Source: Candidatus Aldehydirespirator sp. (GTDB lineage Bacteria > Actinomycetota > Acidimicrobiia > Acidimicrobiales > Aldehydirespiratoraceae). From it: 64,000 bases of DNA. The stretch spans positions 2,219,445 to 2,283,444 of the forward strand of contig CBDCMW010000002.1 of the NCBI GenBank assembly GCA_965219165.1, given 5' to 3'. Below the pieces are notes generated by a model. The model ran no database searches, was not told where the DNA came from, and was given only the letters and a program-made list of their open reading frames with translations. Below, in pieces: positions 46,706 to 56,760 of this stretch (position 1 is the stretch's first letter; each line of letters opens with the position of its first letter). A program made the position numbers and the translations under genes.

Positions 46706-48303
46706 TTCGACAGCAAACGCGTCTACTCGGTGGCCTGCGCGCTGAGCGGTGAGGCTCACCGCTGGTCTTGCACGATGACTGTGTCGGTGCGGGAGCGGCC
46801 GAATACTTCGGGGGCGTAGATTTCTTCGGCTTTGGCTGGGGGCACGACGAAGGTGCCCGGGGTGGTGGCCCGGACGACGTAGCTGTATTCATGGGTGCCG
46901 GCCCGCAGGTACGACGAGAAGGCCTCGGCACGATCGTCGCGGAGGTTCTGGTGCTCGTACCAAGTCCACCACCACCATGAATCGGCGGCCCCGCCGCGGC
47001 GGGCGTCGATCTCGCCGGTCACCGCCAGTGCCGGGTTGAGCGACTCGAAGCCTGCGGGCATGGGATCGACCAGCGCCATGTTGGTGCGTCGGCTGTCGTT
47101 GACCATGGTCACGTTGACCCGCACCTGGGCCCCGGCCAGCACATGCCAGACATCGTCGTCGTCGAGCCACACATCGCCGGGATCGTCGACTGCCTCGTAG
47201 CTGCGCTGCACCACGAAGCCCCGGTCCAGAGGATCCAGGTTGAGGTCGTCGGGGGCGTAGCGAAGACCGAGGCGGTAGTAGAGGCGGCCTTCTCCGTCCT
47301 TCTCGACGATGAGATCGGAGTCGCCCACTGCCAGCAGCTCCGCCATCGGGACCAGCGTCAGGGCGCGATCGGTGCTGCGCCCGGAGAACTGGTGCTGCGC
47401 GGCGTAGAGGTCGCCGAGCCACACCCGGGCAACAAAGTCGGGATCGGTCGCCTCGAAGGCGGCGAAGTAACGGTTCAGGGCCAGCAGGATGAACGAGTTC
47501 TCCTGGACGTTGTTCCAGCGTCCCTTGACCCGGTTGGCCAACAGTCCAGCCACGACCTTGGCAACGAGATCCGACTCGGGAGCCATCGTGATCAGAGCAT
47601 CGAGCACGATGGCGTCGGTGCGGCGGTTGGAATGCAGTAGCAGATAGGCGTCTTCGCCGTAGTCCGTGACGAATGCGGCTGCCCCCGCGGACTCGACGAC
47701 TCGGTTGTTGAGGACCCGCTCGATACTGGCTTCGACGGCGTCGTCGTCGACTACCGGCCAAATCCAGGCGAGGGCATCCGACTCCAGATCCGTGCCCCGG
47801 CGTTCCCAGAGGGCGAGGGCGGCGCGGGCGTCTCGATCCCCGCCCAGCGATCGGACATGAAGCGCGTAGGCCGACAGCATGTCGGTGCTTCGCTGGCTGT
47901 AGCCGGCCGGGATCCGGTCTTCGATGCTCTGCAGATACCAGTGCCCGCTGGCCATGACGCCATCGGACACGGTGAAGCCCTCGTTCTGGGCGACTGTCAG
48001 AGCATGCATCGCCTGAATCGACTGGTACGGGCTCGAAGGACGGTTGCGCGACCACCACCCGAAGCCGCCATCGCTGTTCTGGAGGGCCGACAGTTCGGCG
48101 ATGTCGCGGCGCACGGCGGCGTCGAGTTCGTCGGGGCTGGCGAGACCCTCGGCCTCGAAGGCCCCGAGCACGTCGCGCAGCGCCGAGATGGCCAGGATGC
48201 GGCTGGCGTAGGCATCGGAGCTGGCGTACCGATAGTCGGAGAGGTACAGCACGGCGTCGGTCAGGGCCTGGAGCGCGGTCGATGAGGTGTTGATCTCGAG
48301 CCC
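46706..48303. repeat. 1598-bp direct repeat, copy A (about 99% identical to 59608-61205)
   Basis: A constant offset of 12902 bp holds across both ends. I counted about 14 substitutions and no indels. Confidence 0.95.
46756..48303 (-). pseudogene. Alpha-2-macroglobulin-like C-terminal 515 codons (duplicate copy)
   Basis: Identical to the C-terminus of the 59658 gene apart from 5 aa changes. It lacks its own N-terminus and is out of frame with the upstream fragment. Confidence 0.7.
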
Positions 48304-49754
48304 ACTTCATAGACGGTGCCGCCGGCCGTCGGCCCGGCGATGGTCATGGTGCGGCCGTGCACCGAGACCGTGGCGCCGGGGAGCTCTGGCGTTATGGAGA
48401 TGTCGGCCGCATTGAGCGTCTCGGCATCCAGCGTGTTGTTGAACCAAACGGCGAGCGCACGCCCCGGCCGACACCCTTGATATGGGCAACTTGTGTCCTC
48501 CAGCCGCAGCGGCGCGTACGTATTGGCCTCCACAATCGACGAGTTGCCGCTGGTGTTCGGGCCCTCGGCCGACGGCACATGCGGGCCGACCTCGATCCGG
48601 ATCGATGAGTCGGGCTCGAGCGGCGCCGCCGGGCGGAAAGCGACCCATGCGTCGTCGAGTGCATACCCGAGCAGGGAACTGATGTACTCATCGCCTTCGA
48701 TCTCGGCAGCACCGGCAAGGCGGATCTGATGCTGTTCGCCATCGGCTGAGAACGTGACGGCCTCAAGCGCCGCGGCAGGTTCGATCCGCTGATCGAAGGC
48801 GACGAGGAAGACCGGTCGGAGATCGAGCGAGTCGTGCTGGGGGATGAGCCACGCCATGCTGGGCGCGGGGGTCTCGAACTCGACGCGAACGGCCTCGGCC
48901 AGTTCGCCGCCGGACTGCGACGTCGTCGGTGCGGGGACTTCGACCACATAGGAGGTCGCCATCGGCAAGCGGTCGAATATCTCCGGGTCGTGTTCGAAGC
49001 GGAGTGTGCGAGTGCCGATCCATTGCCAGCGCCCCGGCAACGACGGCGTGATCGTGACTGGAATGTCGAGGTCGTCGAGTTGGCCGATGGTGGCGAGCGG
49101 CACCATCGGCTGGTTGAAGGTGACGCTGACGAAGGGAGCGATCCCCACATCACCCTCAGGCTGCACCCGCAGCACCGCCAGGGGTCCGGGATCGACATCG
49201 GTTGCGTCGATGTCCGGCCCGGCCGGGAACGGCCGATCAATGGTCTCGCCGGTGCGGGGCGGCGGCAGCGTCTCGGGCGGGCGGTTGAAGTCGGCTGCGT
49301 CGCTCTCGTCGTCGTCCCATGGCGGCAGTCGGTCGGTCACCGAGCGGATTTCCGCAGCATCGAGCGGACTGCCGTCTACTCGGCTCACCGCGGGCGAACT
49401 CAGACCGCCGATTGCATCGCCCTCGCTCAGGCGAACGGTCAAGACTGTTCCCCGCCCCGAACCGCCCAAACCGCGGGCCGAAGCTATGGGAGCAAGTGTG
49501 GGAGCGTGGCCGGACCGGTCGCCCTCGCCGCCAGGAGCAGGTGTGGAAGCGTGGCCGGACCGGTCGCTCTCGCCGCCGGGAGCAGTTGTGGGAGTGTTGC
49601 CGGACCGGTCGCTCTCGCCGCCGGGAGCAGTTGTGGGAGTGTTGCCGGACCGGTCGCCCGCTCCCGCTTCAGGGTCGCCATCGCCTGAGCAGGCGCTGGC
49701 CAGCAGCACAACAACGATTCCGACGATTAGGCAACGCCTCAAATGTTCCGGCAT
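48304..49754 (-). pseudogene. N-terminal lipoprotein/Ig-like portion of an alpha-2-macroglobulin-like gene, fused out of frame to the repeat
   Basis: Has a signal peptide and lipobox (LLASACSG), DRSGNTPTTAPGGES repeats and Ig-like segments. The frame runs 14 codons into the repeat and stops at 48261. Confidence 0.6.
49497..49665. repeat. 45-bp x ~3.7 in-frame tandem repeat
   Basis: The unit tgtggRagYgtKgccggaccggtcgcYctcgccgccRggagcagK encodes DRSG(N/H)..T.APGGE(S/G). Confidence 0.85.
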
Positions 49755-49959
49755 GGATTGGCAGCCCTCCTAGTGCAGTCGGGAGGTTATGACGACGCAA
49801 GGCACGGATCAGTTCCCAGGATCTATGGGCACATCCGAACAGCACTGGGGTGCTCACGCAACTCGGGACACCCAAGGGTGTCCAAGCGGGCGGTCCTGAG
49901 ACAGACCCGGCCGCCGGCGACCCCCGGAAGCAACGTTAGAACTTTGGCCGATCTCAGAG

Positions 49960-50142
49960 TTATCCACAGGTGGGCCTACCGAGGTGCATCCCGTCGATGG
50001 GCGAGGCGTTAGCGAACGTCTCGACCGAGATGCTGGCGGTAGCCTCGCCGTCGATCAGGTTCAGCACGGGCTCGGCCGCGAAGCGAGCCAGGTGCCGTCC
50101 AGCGGCGGCAACGTTCTCCTCGAAGCTGGCTGCGGTTGCCAT
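49960..50142 (-). pseudogene. Aldehyde dehydrogenase N-terminal stub (about 55 codons)
   Basis: VLNLIDGEATASISVETFANASPIDGMHLG is the typical ALDH start. The frame then ends abruptly. Confidence 0.5.
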
Positions 50143-50172
50143 TTGCGTCTCCTGTCGGCGCCGGTTGCGAGG

Positions 50173-50568
50173 CTATGGGCTGTCGGACTGGGCGAGATGG
50201 GTACGGATGTGGTTGCGGTTGATGCGCAGCGCCGGGTCGATCAGCTGGACCTCAGCGCTGATGGCGACCGGATGGTCGGGCTGAAGCGGAGCCAGCACCT
50301 CGTCGACGGTATCGATGAGCCGGGTCAGGAAACGCTGGACTATCTCAGGTTCCCGGCCGGGTCCGATGCGAGCCGTCAGGCACACGAACCCGTAGGAAGG
50401 GTCGCCGTCGGCGATTCGGTAGTGGTCGCGGGGCGCGGCTCGGGTGCGCAACCCGCCCAAGGCGGGGAGACCGTCGTCGAGGGCGGCGGTGTGCACCGCG
50501 GCCAGCAGCGCGTCGGTGTCGATGAGGTCGGCCAGATTGGCCGAGTATTCGATGATGATGTGAGGATG
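50173..50568 (-). pseudogene. 5-carboxymethyl-2-hydroxymuconate isomerase-like (tautomerase) gene lacking a start codon
   Basis: PHIIIEYSANL... is the CHMI N-terminus, but the codon before Pro is CAT. No start would leave Pro at position 1. Confidence 0.55.
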
Positions 50569-50589
50569 CTCGCGTTGCGCCCACTGTGA

Positions 50590-51294
50590 TGTCGACGATC
50601 CTGGGGTCAACCGGCTGGTAGGGGCTCTCGTCCAGGGCCTGGCGGAGCGGGAAGTAGTAGACGAGCTTGCCAGGGATACGACGACGGTCCCGGCGCTGGG
50701 GGGTCGCCGTGAGAAGCACTGACTTGCCGGAGAAGTGCTCCAGAATCGATAGCCACGTCGACGCAGGGGCGTGGGGGGCCTCATCGACTACGACTAGGTC
50801 AAAAAGATCCGTGGGTGGTGGATTCGTATCGAAGTGGGAAGGACTGATCAATGCAATAAGCCCGACCACCACATCAGCCTCGTCGAACCGTGACCAGTTC
50901 GAGTCTCTCCCGCCTCGACCACTACCGGCCCGGCATCGGCGGGCATCTCGAGAGCGCCAATCTCACGGAGGGTGTCCTGGCTCCGGAAGTGCGCAACCGT
51001 CTGGCGTCGCAGCTCCTGACTTGGGACAACGACGAGCGTTCGCCTCGCGCCGGCAAGGAAGGGGCTTGCCAACGCGATTGCCGTCTTTCCCACTCCAGTT
51101 GGCACCGACACAAGCGGAGAATCAGCACCAACGAGACTCCACTGGGCTACGGCGGCCCCCAGCGCAGCGAACTGTGGTCGACGCCACGACGGAGAACCCT
51201 CAGCTCGGAAGAGCTGAAATGATGCAGCATCGGTCGAGCTGTAGAACCCCGTCACGGCATGATCTCCTTTTGGACAGTGCGCAACGTCGGCCAC
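50590..51294 (-). pseudogene. SF2 (DEAD/DEAH-like) helicase N-terminal half, frameshifted and 3'-truncated
   Basis: Motif I VPTGVGKT is in one frame. Motif II VVDEAPH and motif III LTATP are in another, with the shift near 50870-50930. There is no C-terminal RecA lobe. Confidence 0.6.
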
Positions 51295-51771
51295 GCCGCG
51301 CCAAGCAGTACGACTCTGCTCAGGACGACCGAGCTGTCTCCGGCGACATGGCTGTCGAGCGCTCCATCGTCTGGAACGCTCGACGGTGCCGGGACACCTG
51401 ACGGATCGGGGCTCACTACTCCGCCACCGCAGGGGCCGTTAGTGACGAGCGTGTGACCCACCCAAGAGCGAATTGAACCCCACAGGGGACGGAGGGGGGA
51501 CTTGAACTCACCTCCCCGTCACGGCATCTAGCGGCGTCCTGCGGCAACAAGCGGCGTAGAGCGGCAACTAGCGCAGGCAAGAACCGCTCCCTTCCGCTGA
51601 ATGCCGCTCAACAGCGCTGCCTGCCATTAGCAAACCATTTGCAGAGCGACACCCCTGACCCGGCTGTCACCACGCGGTCTCTCTGGGCCGTGCTGAGGTG
51701 CCCCCCCGGGGTGACGCCGACGACCGAGCAGATCACCGACGATTGCCTCCCCTGGCGATGTCTCTTGGCCG

Positions 51772-52074
51772 TTAGGCGAAGTCGTCGATGCCGTCGATCA
51801 GAACGTGGTGGCTGATCGAACCAGCCTGGCGGGCTTTGAGGTGGGGCGCATAGGCGGGATCGTTCATGAACGCGAGCACGGCCTCTTTGGAGGGCCACTC
51901 GAGGATGATCCGCAGTGCCGGATCCTCCCCTTCCCCTTCGACACGCTCGTGGCCCGCCGTGCGGGCCAGTTACTTGCCACCGTGACCGGCGATGATCTCG
52001 CCGACCGGTTCGAGGTAGCCGGGGATCCAGTCTTCGCTGGTCGGCGTGACCTCGAGTACGGAGTAAGTCGTCAT
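51772..52074 (-). pseudogene. DUF1330 gene with an in-frame TAA at codon 35
   Basis: Reads MTTYSVLEVTPTSEDWIPGYLEPVGEIIAGHGGK-TAA-LARTAGHERVEGEGEDPALRIILEWPSKEAVLAFMNDPAYAPHLKARQAG... DUF1330 has Tyr at that position (GGKYL). Confidence 0.6.
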
Positions 52075-52104
52075 TGGCTGTTTCCTTTCTTCATTCGGGT
52101 GACG

Positions 52105-52344
52105 TCAGGAGTCGATGCGGGCCAGCAAGGCGCCTTGGGTGATGGGGACACCGTCGGGCACGAACTGGTACATGACGCCCGCTACCGGGGCTTCGACGTC
52201 TTGGGATGCTTTGTCGACCTGGACTTCGGCGATGACCTGGCCGGCGACCACCTGCTCGCCATGGTTGACGAACCAGGTTCCGACGACGCCTTCGGCGGTG
52301 GGGTCCTGTTCCGACATGATCGGGAACGGGACCTCGGTGATCAC
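52105..52344 (-). CDS. Stand-alone lipoyl/biotinyl-attachment domain protein (79 aa)
   Basis: Has the lipoyl-lysine context EVQVDKASQDVEAP and an ATGA overlap with the E1-beta gene. Confidence 0.75.
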   Translation of the reverse strand: MITEVPFPIMSEQDPTAEGVVGTWFVNHGEQVVAGQVIAEVQVDKASQDVEAPVAGVMYQFVPDGVPITQGALLARIDS

Positions 52345-53363
52345 GACATCAGGTCCTTGGCCGCAGCGGCGATCCTTTCGCGCGTGGGCAGGATCCCGTA
52401 CTCGAGCGAGCGAGCATACGGAATGGGGACATCGGGCACGGCAAGACGGGACACCGGCTTGGTCAGCATCGTCGGGTCGGTCTCGGCCACGATGGCTGCG
52501 ATCTCGCCCGTAAGCCCGAAGCTCTTGTAGTCCTCGTCGACGACCAGCAACTTGCCGGTCTTCGCCACCGATTCCAACACGGTCTGGCGATCGAGAGGTA
52601 CGAGGCTTCGCAGATCGACGACCTCCAGGCTGATGCCCTCGCCTTCGAGCTCCTCGGCAACGTCGAGGCTGTGCTGCACCGACAGCGAGAGCGTGACGAG
52701 GGTGACATCGCTGCCTTCGCGTGCGATGGCGGCCTCACCGATCGGGACGGTGAACGCTTCTTCGGGGACGTGGGCGACCGAGCGCGGGTTCTTCTCCATC
52801 CACACCAGGCCCTGAGCGCCCTTGTGGAAGAGGTAGACGACCGGGTTGTCGTCGCGGATGGCCGAGGTCATCAGACCCTTGGCGTCGTAGGGATTGGAAG
52901 GCACGACCACCTTCATCCCCGGGAGATGGGCGAACGTCCCCCAGAGGCACTGGGAGTGTTGCGCGGCGTCGGAGTAGCCGGCGCCCGTGGCGGACATGAG
53001 CACCATCGGCACGTTCACTGCGCCACCGGACTCGTAGTGGATCTTCGCCATGTGGTTGCTGATCTGGTCCATGCAGACGCCGTAGAAGTCGACGAACATG
53101 AGCTCGACGACGGGGCGGAGCCCTTCCACTGCGGCGCCGATGCCGGCACCGATGAAGCCGGTCTCCGAGATCGGGGTGTCCATCACCCGCTCGGGTCCGA
53201 ATTCGCCGAACAGGTCGGTGGTGGATCCGAAGATCCCGCCATAGGCGCCGACGTCTTCGCCCATGACGAACACGTCGGGGTCGGCACGCATCTCGAGACC
53301 GATGGCTTCCGCCATTGCCTTGGCCGTGGTGATCCGGCGGGTGGGTGTCTCAGTCGTGGTCAT
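52341..53363 (-). CDS. acoB: 2-oxoacid (acetoin/pyruvate type) dehydrogenase E1 beta subunit
   Basis: Transketolase-like pyrimidine-binding and C-terminal domains read from the translation. Confidence 0.8.
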   Translation of the reverse strand: MTTTETPTRRITTAKAMAEAIGLEMRADPDVFVMGEDVGAYGGIFGSTTDLFGEFGPERVMDTPISETGFIGAGIGAAVEGLRPVVELMFVDFYGVCMDQISNHMAKIHYESGGAVNVPMVLMSATGAGYSDAAQHSQCLWGTFAHLPGMKVVVPSNPYDAKGLMTSAIRDDNPVVYLFHKGAQGLVWMEKNPRSVAHVPEEAFTVPIGEAAIAREGSDVTLVTLSLSVQHSLDVAEELEGEGISLEVVDLRSLVPLDRQTVLESVAKTGKLLVVDEDYKSFGLTGEIAAIVAETDPTMLTKPVSRLAVPDVPIPYARSLEYGILPTRERIAAAAKDLMS

Positions 53364-53391
53364 TGCGTTGTTCTCCTGTCGGTCTGGTTGC

Positions 53392-54369
53392 TCAGGCGAA
53401 GACGTGCAGCAGGGCGTCTTCGGGGGCGGGAATGGGGCTGGCGACCGCGAATTGGATTGCGGCGTCGGCGTCGGCGTCGGCGGCTCCTTTGATGTCGTCG
53501 ATCTGCGCCTCGGCCAGGTCGCCCGACTCGACGAGTGCGGCGGCGTAGCGGGGAATGGGGTCGCGTTCGTCGACGGTGTCGAGATCGGCTCCTCGGTAGG
53601 CCTGCGCGTCGCCCTCGAAGTGCCCCCAGAGCCGCAGGGTGTGGATCTCGATCAAGCTCGGACCCTCTCCGGCCCGGGCCCGGTCGATGGCGGCACCGGC
53701 GGCCTCGAAGACTGCTTCGACATCGTTGTCCTCGACCCGCACGCCGGGGATGCCATAGCCCGCCGCCCGATCGGCGTTGGAGTTGATGGCGGTCGACGCG
53801 GCGCGGGGAACCGAGATCGCCCAGTCGTTGTCCTCGATGACGAAGATGACCGGCAGGTTCCAAACCGCAGCAAGGTTGAGCGACTCGTGGAACGCTCCCT
53901 GGTTGGCCGCCCCTTCGCCGGCGACGGCGACGGCGACATTGTCGGTGCCGTTTCGCTTCATGGCGAGCGCTTGGCCACAGGCCACGGGGTAGCCCTGGGC
54001 GATGATCCCTGAGCAGGAGAAGTGGTTCTCCGGATCAAACAGGTGCATGTGACCGCCCTTGCCCTTGCACAGGCCGGTGGTGCGGCCGTAGATCTCAGCC
54101 GTCATGGCATTCATGTCGACGCCGTGAGCCAGCGCGAAGTGGTGAGGCCGGTGCGGCGCGGTGATGGCGTCCCCCTTCTTCATGTGAGCGCAAACGCCGA
54201 CGGCGGCCGGTTCCTGTCCAGCCGAGAGATGCATTTCCCCCGGGATCAGACCGGCCCCGATGTCCCAGGCCGGCGCCTTGTCAGCGTGGTACTCCTGCAG
54301 GATTCGGGACTCGTATTGCCTGACGCGGACCATCTCGGTGTAAAGGTCGAGTCGGTTCAGTGTTTTCAC
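53392..54369 (-). CDS. acoA: 2-oxoacid (acetoin/pyruvate type) dehydrogenase E1 alpha subunit, TPP-dependent
   Basis: Has the TPP-binding segment GEGAANQGAFHESLNLAA. AAGGAGG lies 7 nt upstream of GTG 54369. Confidence 0.8.
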   Translation of the reverse strand: MKTLNRLDLYTEMVRVRQYESRILQEYHADKAPAWDIGAGLIPGEMHLSAGQEPAAVGVCAHMKKGDAITAPHRPHHFALAHGVDMNAMTAEIYGRTTGLCKGKGGHMHLFDPENHFSCSGIIAQGYPVACGQALAMKRNGTDNVAVAVAGEGAANQGAFHESLNLAAVWNLPVIFVIEDNDWAISVPRAASTAINSNADRAAGYGIPGVRVEDNDVEAVFEAAGAAIDRARAGEGPSLIEIHTLRLWGHFEGDAQAYRGADLDTVDERDPIPRYAAALVESGDLAEAQIDDIKGAADADADAAIQFAVASPIPAPEDALLHVFA

Positions 54370-55465
54370 GTTGATACCTCCTTGGGTTCGGCTTGGTTGC
54401 GCCTACGGGCGTCGGGAGCGCCTCGTCACCGGGGCGAATTCCGCGGCCGACGACGCCAGCTGCCGCCAGATGACCGTGGGTGGCGGCGTGTTCGAGGGTT
54501 GTGGTCACATCGACGACGACGGGGCCGTCCGCACGCAGCGTGATCGCGGGACGATTGGCCGGTCCGAAGCGGAACATGCGTTCACCATCGATGGCGACGA
54601 CACCGCCAGCGGCCCGCGCGACGACGGTCGAGTCGGGCTCGAGAACTGAGACAGAGCTGACGCCGACGGGCTCGACGAGTCCCGGCGCGATCGGTGCTCG
54701 CACGATGATGGCGACCGGCTCGCCGAGGACGAGTGCCAACCCCGTCGGGGAACGGCGCGGTGTCGGTTGCACGTGGCCGCCGATCGCCGACAGTCCGATG
54801 GCGTCGGGCTCAGCGAAACACACGAACAGCTCCGAGATCGACGTCGAATCCCACAGCGCACCGGCGCCGACACCGTCGCTGTCGGTGATGGCGACGTCGA
54901 CCAGGGCTTCTTCGACACGATCGCCGCAGTGGACGATGAGCTTCTTCGCTCGGTAGGTGCCAGCCTGACGGCTGTGCGGGTTGGTGGCGACGAGCCCCGC
55001 CGCCAGCCCGGCGACGGTCGGTTCCACCGGTCGCGGGAAGGCGTTGTTGGTTCCGGTCGAGATCGAGACCAGCGGGACATCCGCCGATGCGGCCGCCACG
55101 ACCCGGTTGGTTCCGTCGCCCCCGAGGACGACGATCGAGCCGACTCCCGCGTCGACGATGGCTCTCGTGGCGGCGGTGGTATCGGCACTGGTCTGGGCGA
55201 TGTCCTGGTCGACGAACTCCAGCGCAGGCCAACCCCCGGCGGATGCCCGTTCGGCGAGACGACCGAGGCCGTCCATGATGCCAGCCTGGTCGGCCATCGA
55301 GATGACCCGTTCCACACCGGTAGCGGCGAGACCGGCCAGTACTCGCTGGAGCCGGTTCAGCTTGTCGTGGGTGGTCACCGCGCCTCCGTGGGCGACGAGG
55401 CGGCGGATATCGCGTGCCGAGGCAGGATTGGCGATCAACCCGACTGTTGTCGTGGCTGTCTTCAC
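54281..55465 (-). CDS. acoX: AcoX-like ATP-NAD kinase family protein
   Basis: Has VGLIANPASARD and VVLGGDGTNR. GGGGGAGG precedes GTG 55465. The 3' end overlaps acoA by 89 nt. Confidence 0.65.
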   Translation of the reverse strand: MKTATTTVGLIANPASARDIRRLVAHGGAVTTHDKLNRLQRVLAGLAATGVERVISMADQAGIMDGLGRLAERASAGGWPALEFVDQDIAQTSADTTAATRAIVDAGVGSIVVLGGDGTNRVVAAASADVPLVSISTGTNNAFPRPVEPTVAGLAAGLVATNPHSRQAGTYRAKKLIVHCGDRVEEALVDVAITDSDGVGAGALWDSTSISELFVCFAEPDAIGLSAIGGHVQPTPRRSPTGLALVLGEPVAIIVRAPIAPGLVEPVGVSSVSVLEPDSTVVARAAGGVVAIDGERMFRFGPANRPAITLRADGPVVVDVTTTLEHAATHGHLAAAGVVGRGIRPGDEALPTPVGATKPNPRRYQRENTEPTRPLHRDGPRQAIRVPNPAGVPR

Positions 55466-55552
55466 CCCGACCGCACCTCCCCCGGTGTACCGAAACCGAT
55501 GTCGAGCCGCCCGAACGCTCCCCAGAGGTTCGAGCACCACGTCAAGGGTACA

Positions 55553-56604
55553 TCACCTCGCGGAGGCCCTGTGTCTCAACATGAGACAGCCCTGAGACAG
55601 CCGCTGATCCACGATCGGACCGCGGTGGCTGATCGTGACTAGCCCGGCATCCACAGACACCTCCACGGTCTCACCCGTGAGCCACACACCAACGGGATAC
55701 GGCTGGGCTGCGAAGCTGATCTTGCCTACCGCGGAGACCTTGCGTGTCGTCGCCGCCTGCGTGGGGGTCTGTTTGGACTCAGCGGGACGGTCCTCGATGG
55801 CCAGGCGGAACCTCTCCCACGGCACGACGTCGCCGATCCCCTGGTGACGGCGTTCGAAGATCCCGTTCTCTCGACAGATCCGATCAAACAGCACCTCACC
55901 GCCCGCGCTGGGCCCGAACCGGCCCGTGAACACCTTCGCATTGTCAGTGAGGACCTGATCAGGCACTCCCCACGCCCGCATCGCCTTGCTCAGCGCGTCA
56001 CACGTCGGGCGCGACGTCGCCCGCTCCACCACATGAGCCGACACTCCGAACCGCGAATGGTCGTCGATCCCCTCACGATCGACGCCTTGGAGCCGCCAAC
56101 CAGCATCACCCCGCCGACCACGTCCATCTGCCACAGCTCCATCGCCCTGCTGCGCTCCCAGCGCTTGTAATCGGATCTCTTCCGCCTCCTCGCCTCAGGC
56201 TGGATCAGCCCGTGACGCACCAGGCAGCGATACACCGAGGACCGCCCCGGCAACGGCTGAACACCCCGGGCCTCGAGTCCGAACAACAGCGTGCGCGGCC
56301 CCCACCCCGGATTCTCCCGCCGCAGCTGAACCACCAAAGCCTCCACCTCAGCTGGCATCTGATGCGGACACCCATCAGGGCGCGGCGACTGATCCGCCAA
56401 CCCCGCCAGACCCCTCGACGCATACCGCCTGAGCCACCGATGCACCGTCTGGCGCGTCACCCCGAACCGCAACGCCGTCGCGCAACACCTCCAACACCGC
56501 CCCATGCCGCTGCTCCACCACACCGAGCTCCACCAACACGACGACCCCCTCCCAACAGGTGACGACCAGGCCGCCACACACTGAAGAGGGCTCAGCACCG
56601 CCAA
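55553..56604 (-). mobile_element. Decayed IS481-family element (transposase with at least 2 frameshifts and an internal deletion)
   Basis: The segments GVTRQTVHRWLRRY, RPDGCPHQMPAEVEALVVQLRRENPGWGPR, MELWQMDVVGG and IDDHSRF...VLTDNAKVFTGRF are spread over three frames. Subterminal TAACACAnnnACCGGAGCC repeats occur at 56619-56640 and 56675-56696. Confidence 0.7.
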
Positions 56605-56760
56605 ACGCGGACCATCCCGTATAACACAGCTACCGGAGCCAGTGTCGCCCAGCTACCGGAACCGCGTCCCAAAGGTGTAACACACCCACCGGAGCCAACG
56701 CGTCAAGCATGTACCGGGACAGCATATCAACCGCTCAGATCGCTCCAGACCGCGTGACAA

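Noticed and set aside
30103-49971. The two perfect DnaA-box 9-mers as a replication origin.
   Set aside because: They are isolated single boxes 20 kb apart. There is no cluster, no AT-rich unwinding element and no dnaA or dnaN nearby.
51465-51520. Strings resembling the reverse complement of tRNA 3' halves (gaattgaacccc, ggggggacttgaactc). They could be an att remnant.
   Set aside because: The T-stem complementarity fails and no cloverleaf can be drawn. The evidence is insufficient for a tRNA fragment call.
54281-54369. The 89-nt overlap between the acoX-like ORF and acoA as a sign of a frameshift.
   Set aside because: The acoA start has a strong RBS, and no alternative frame gives a better acoX C-terminus. 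The overlap is noted but left unresolved.
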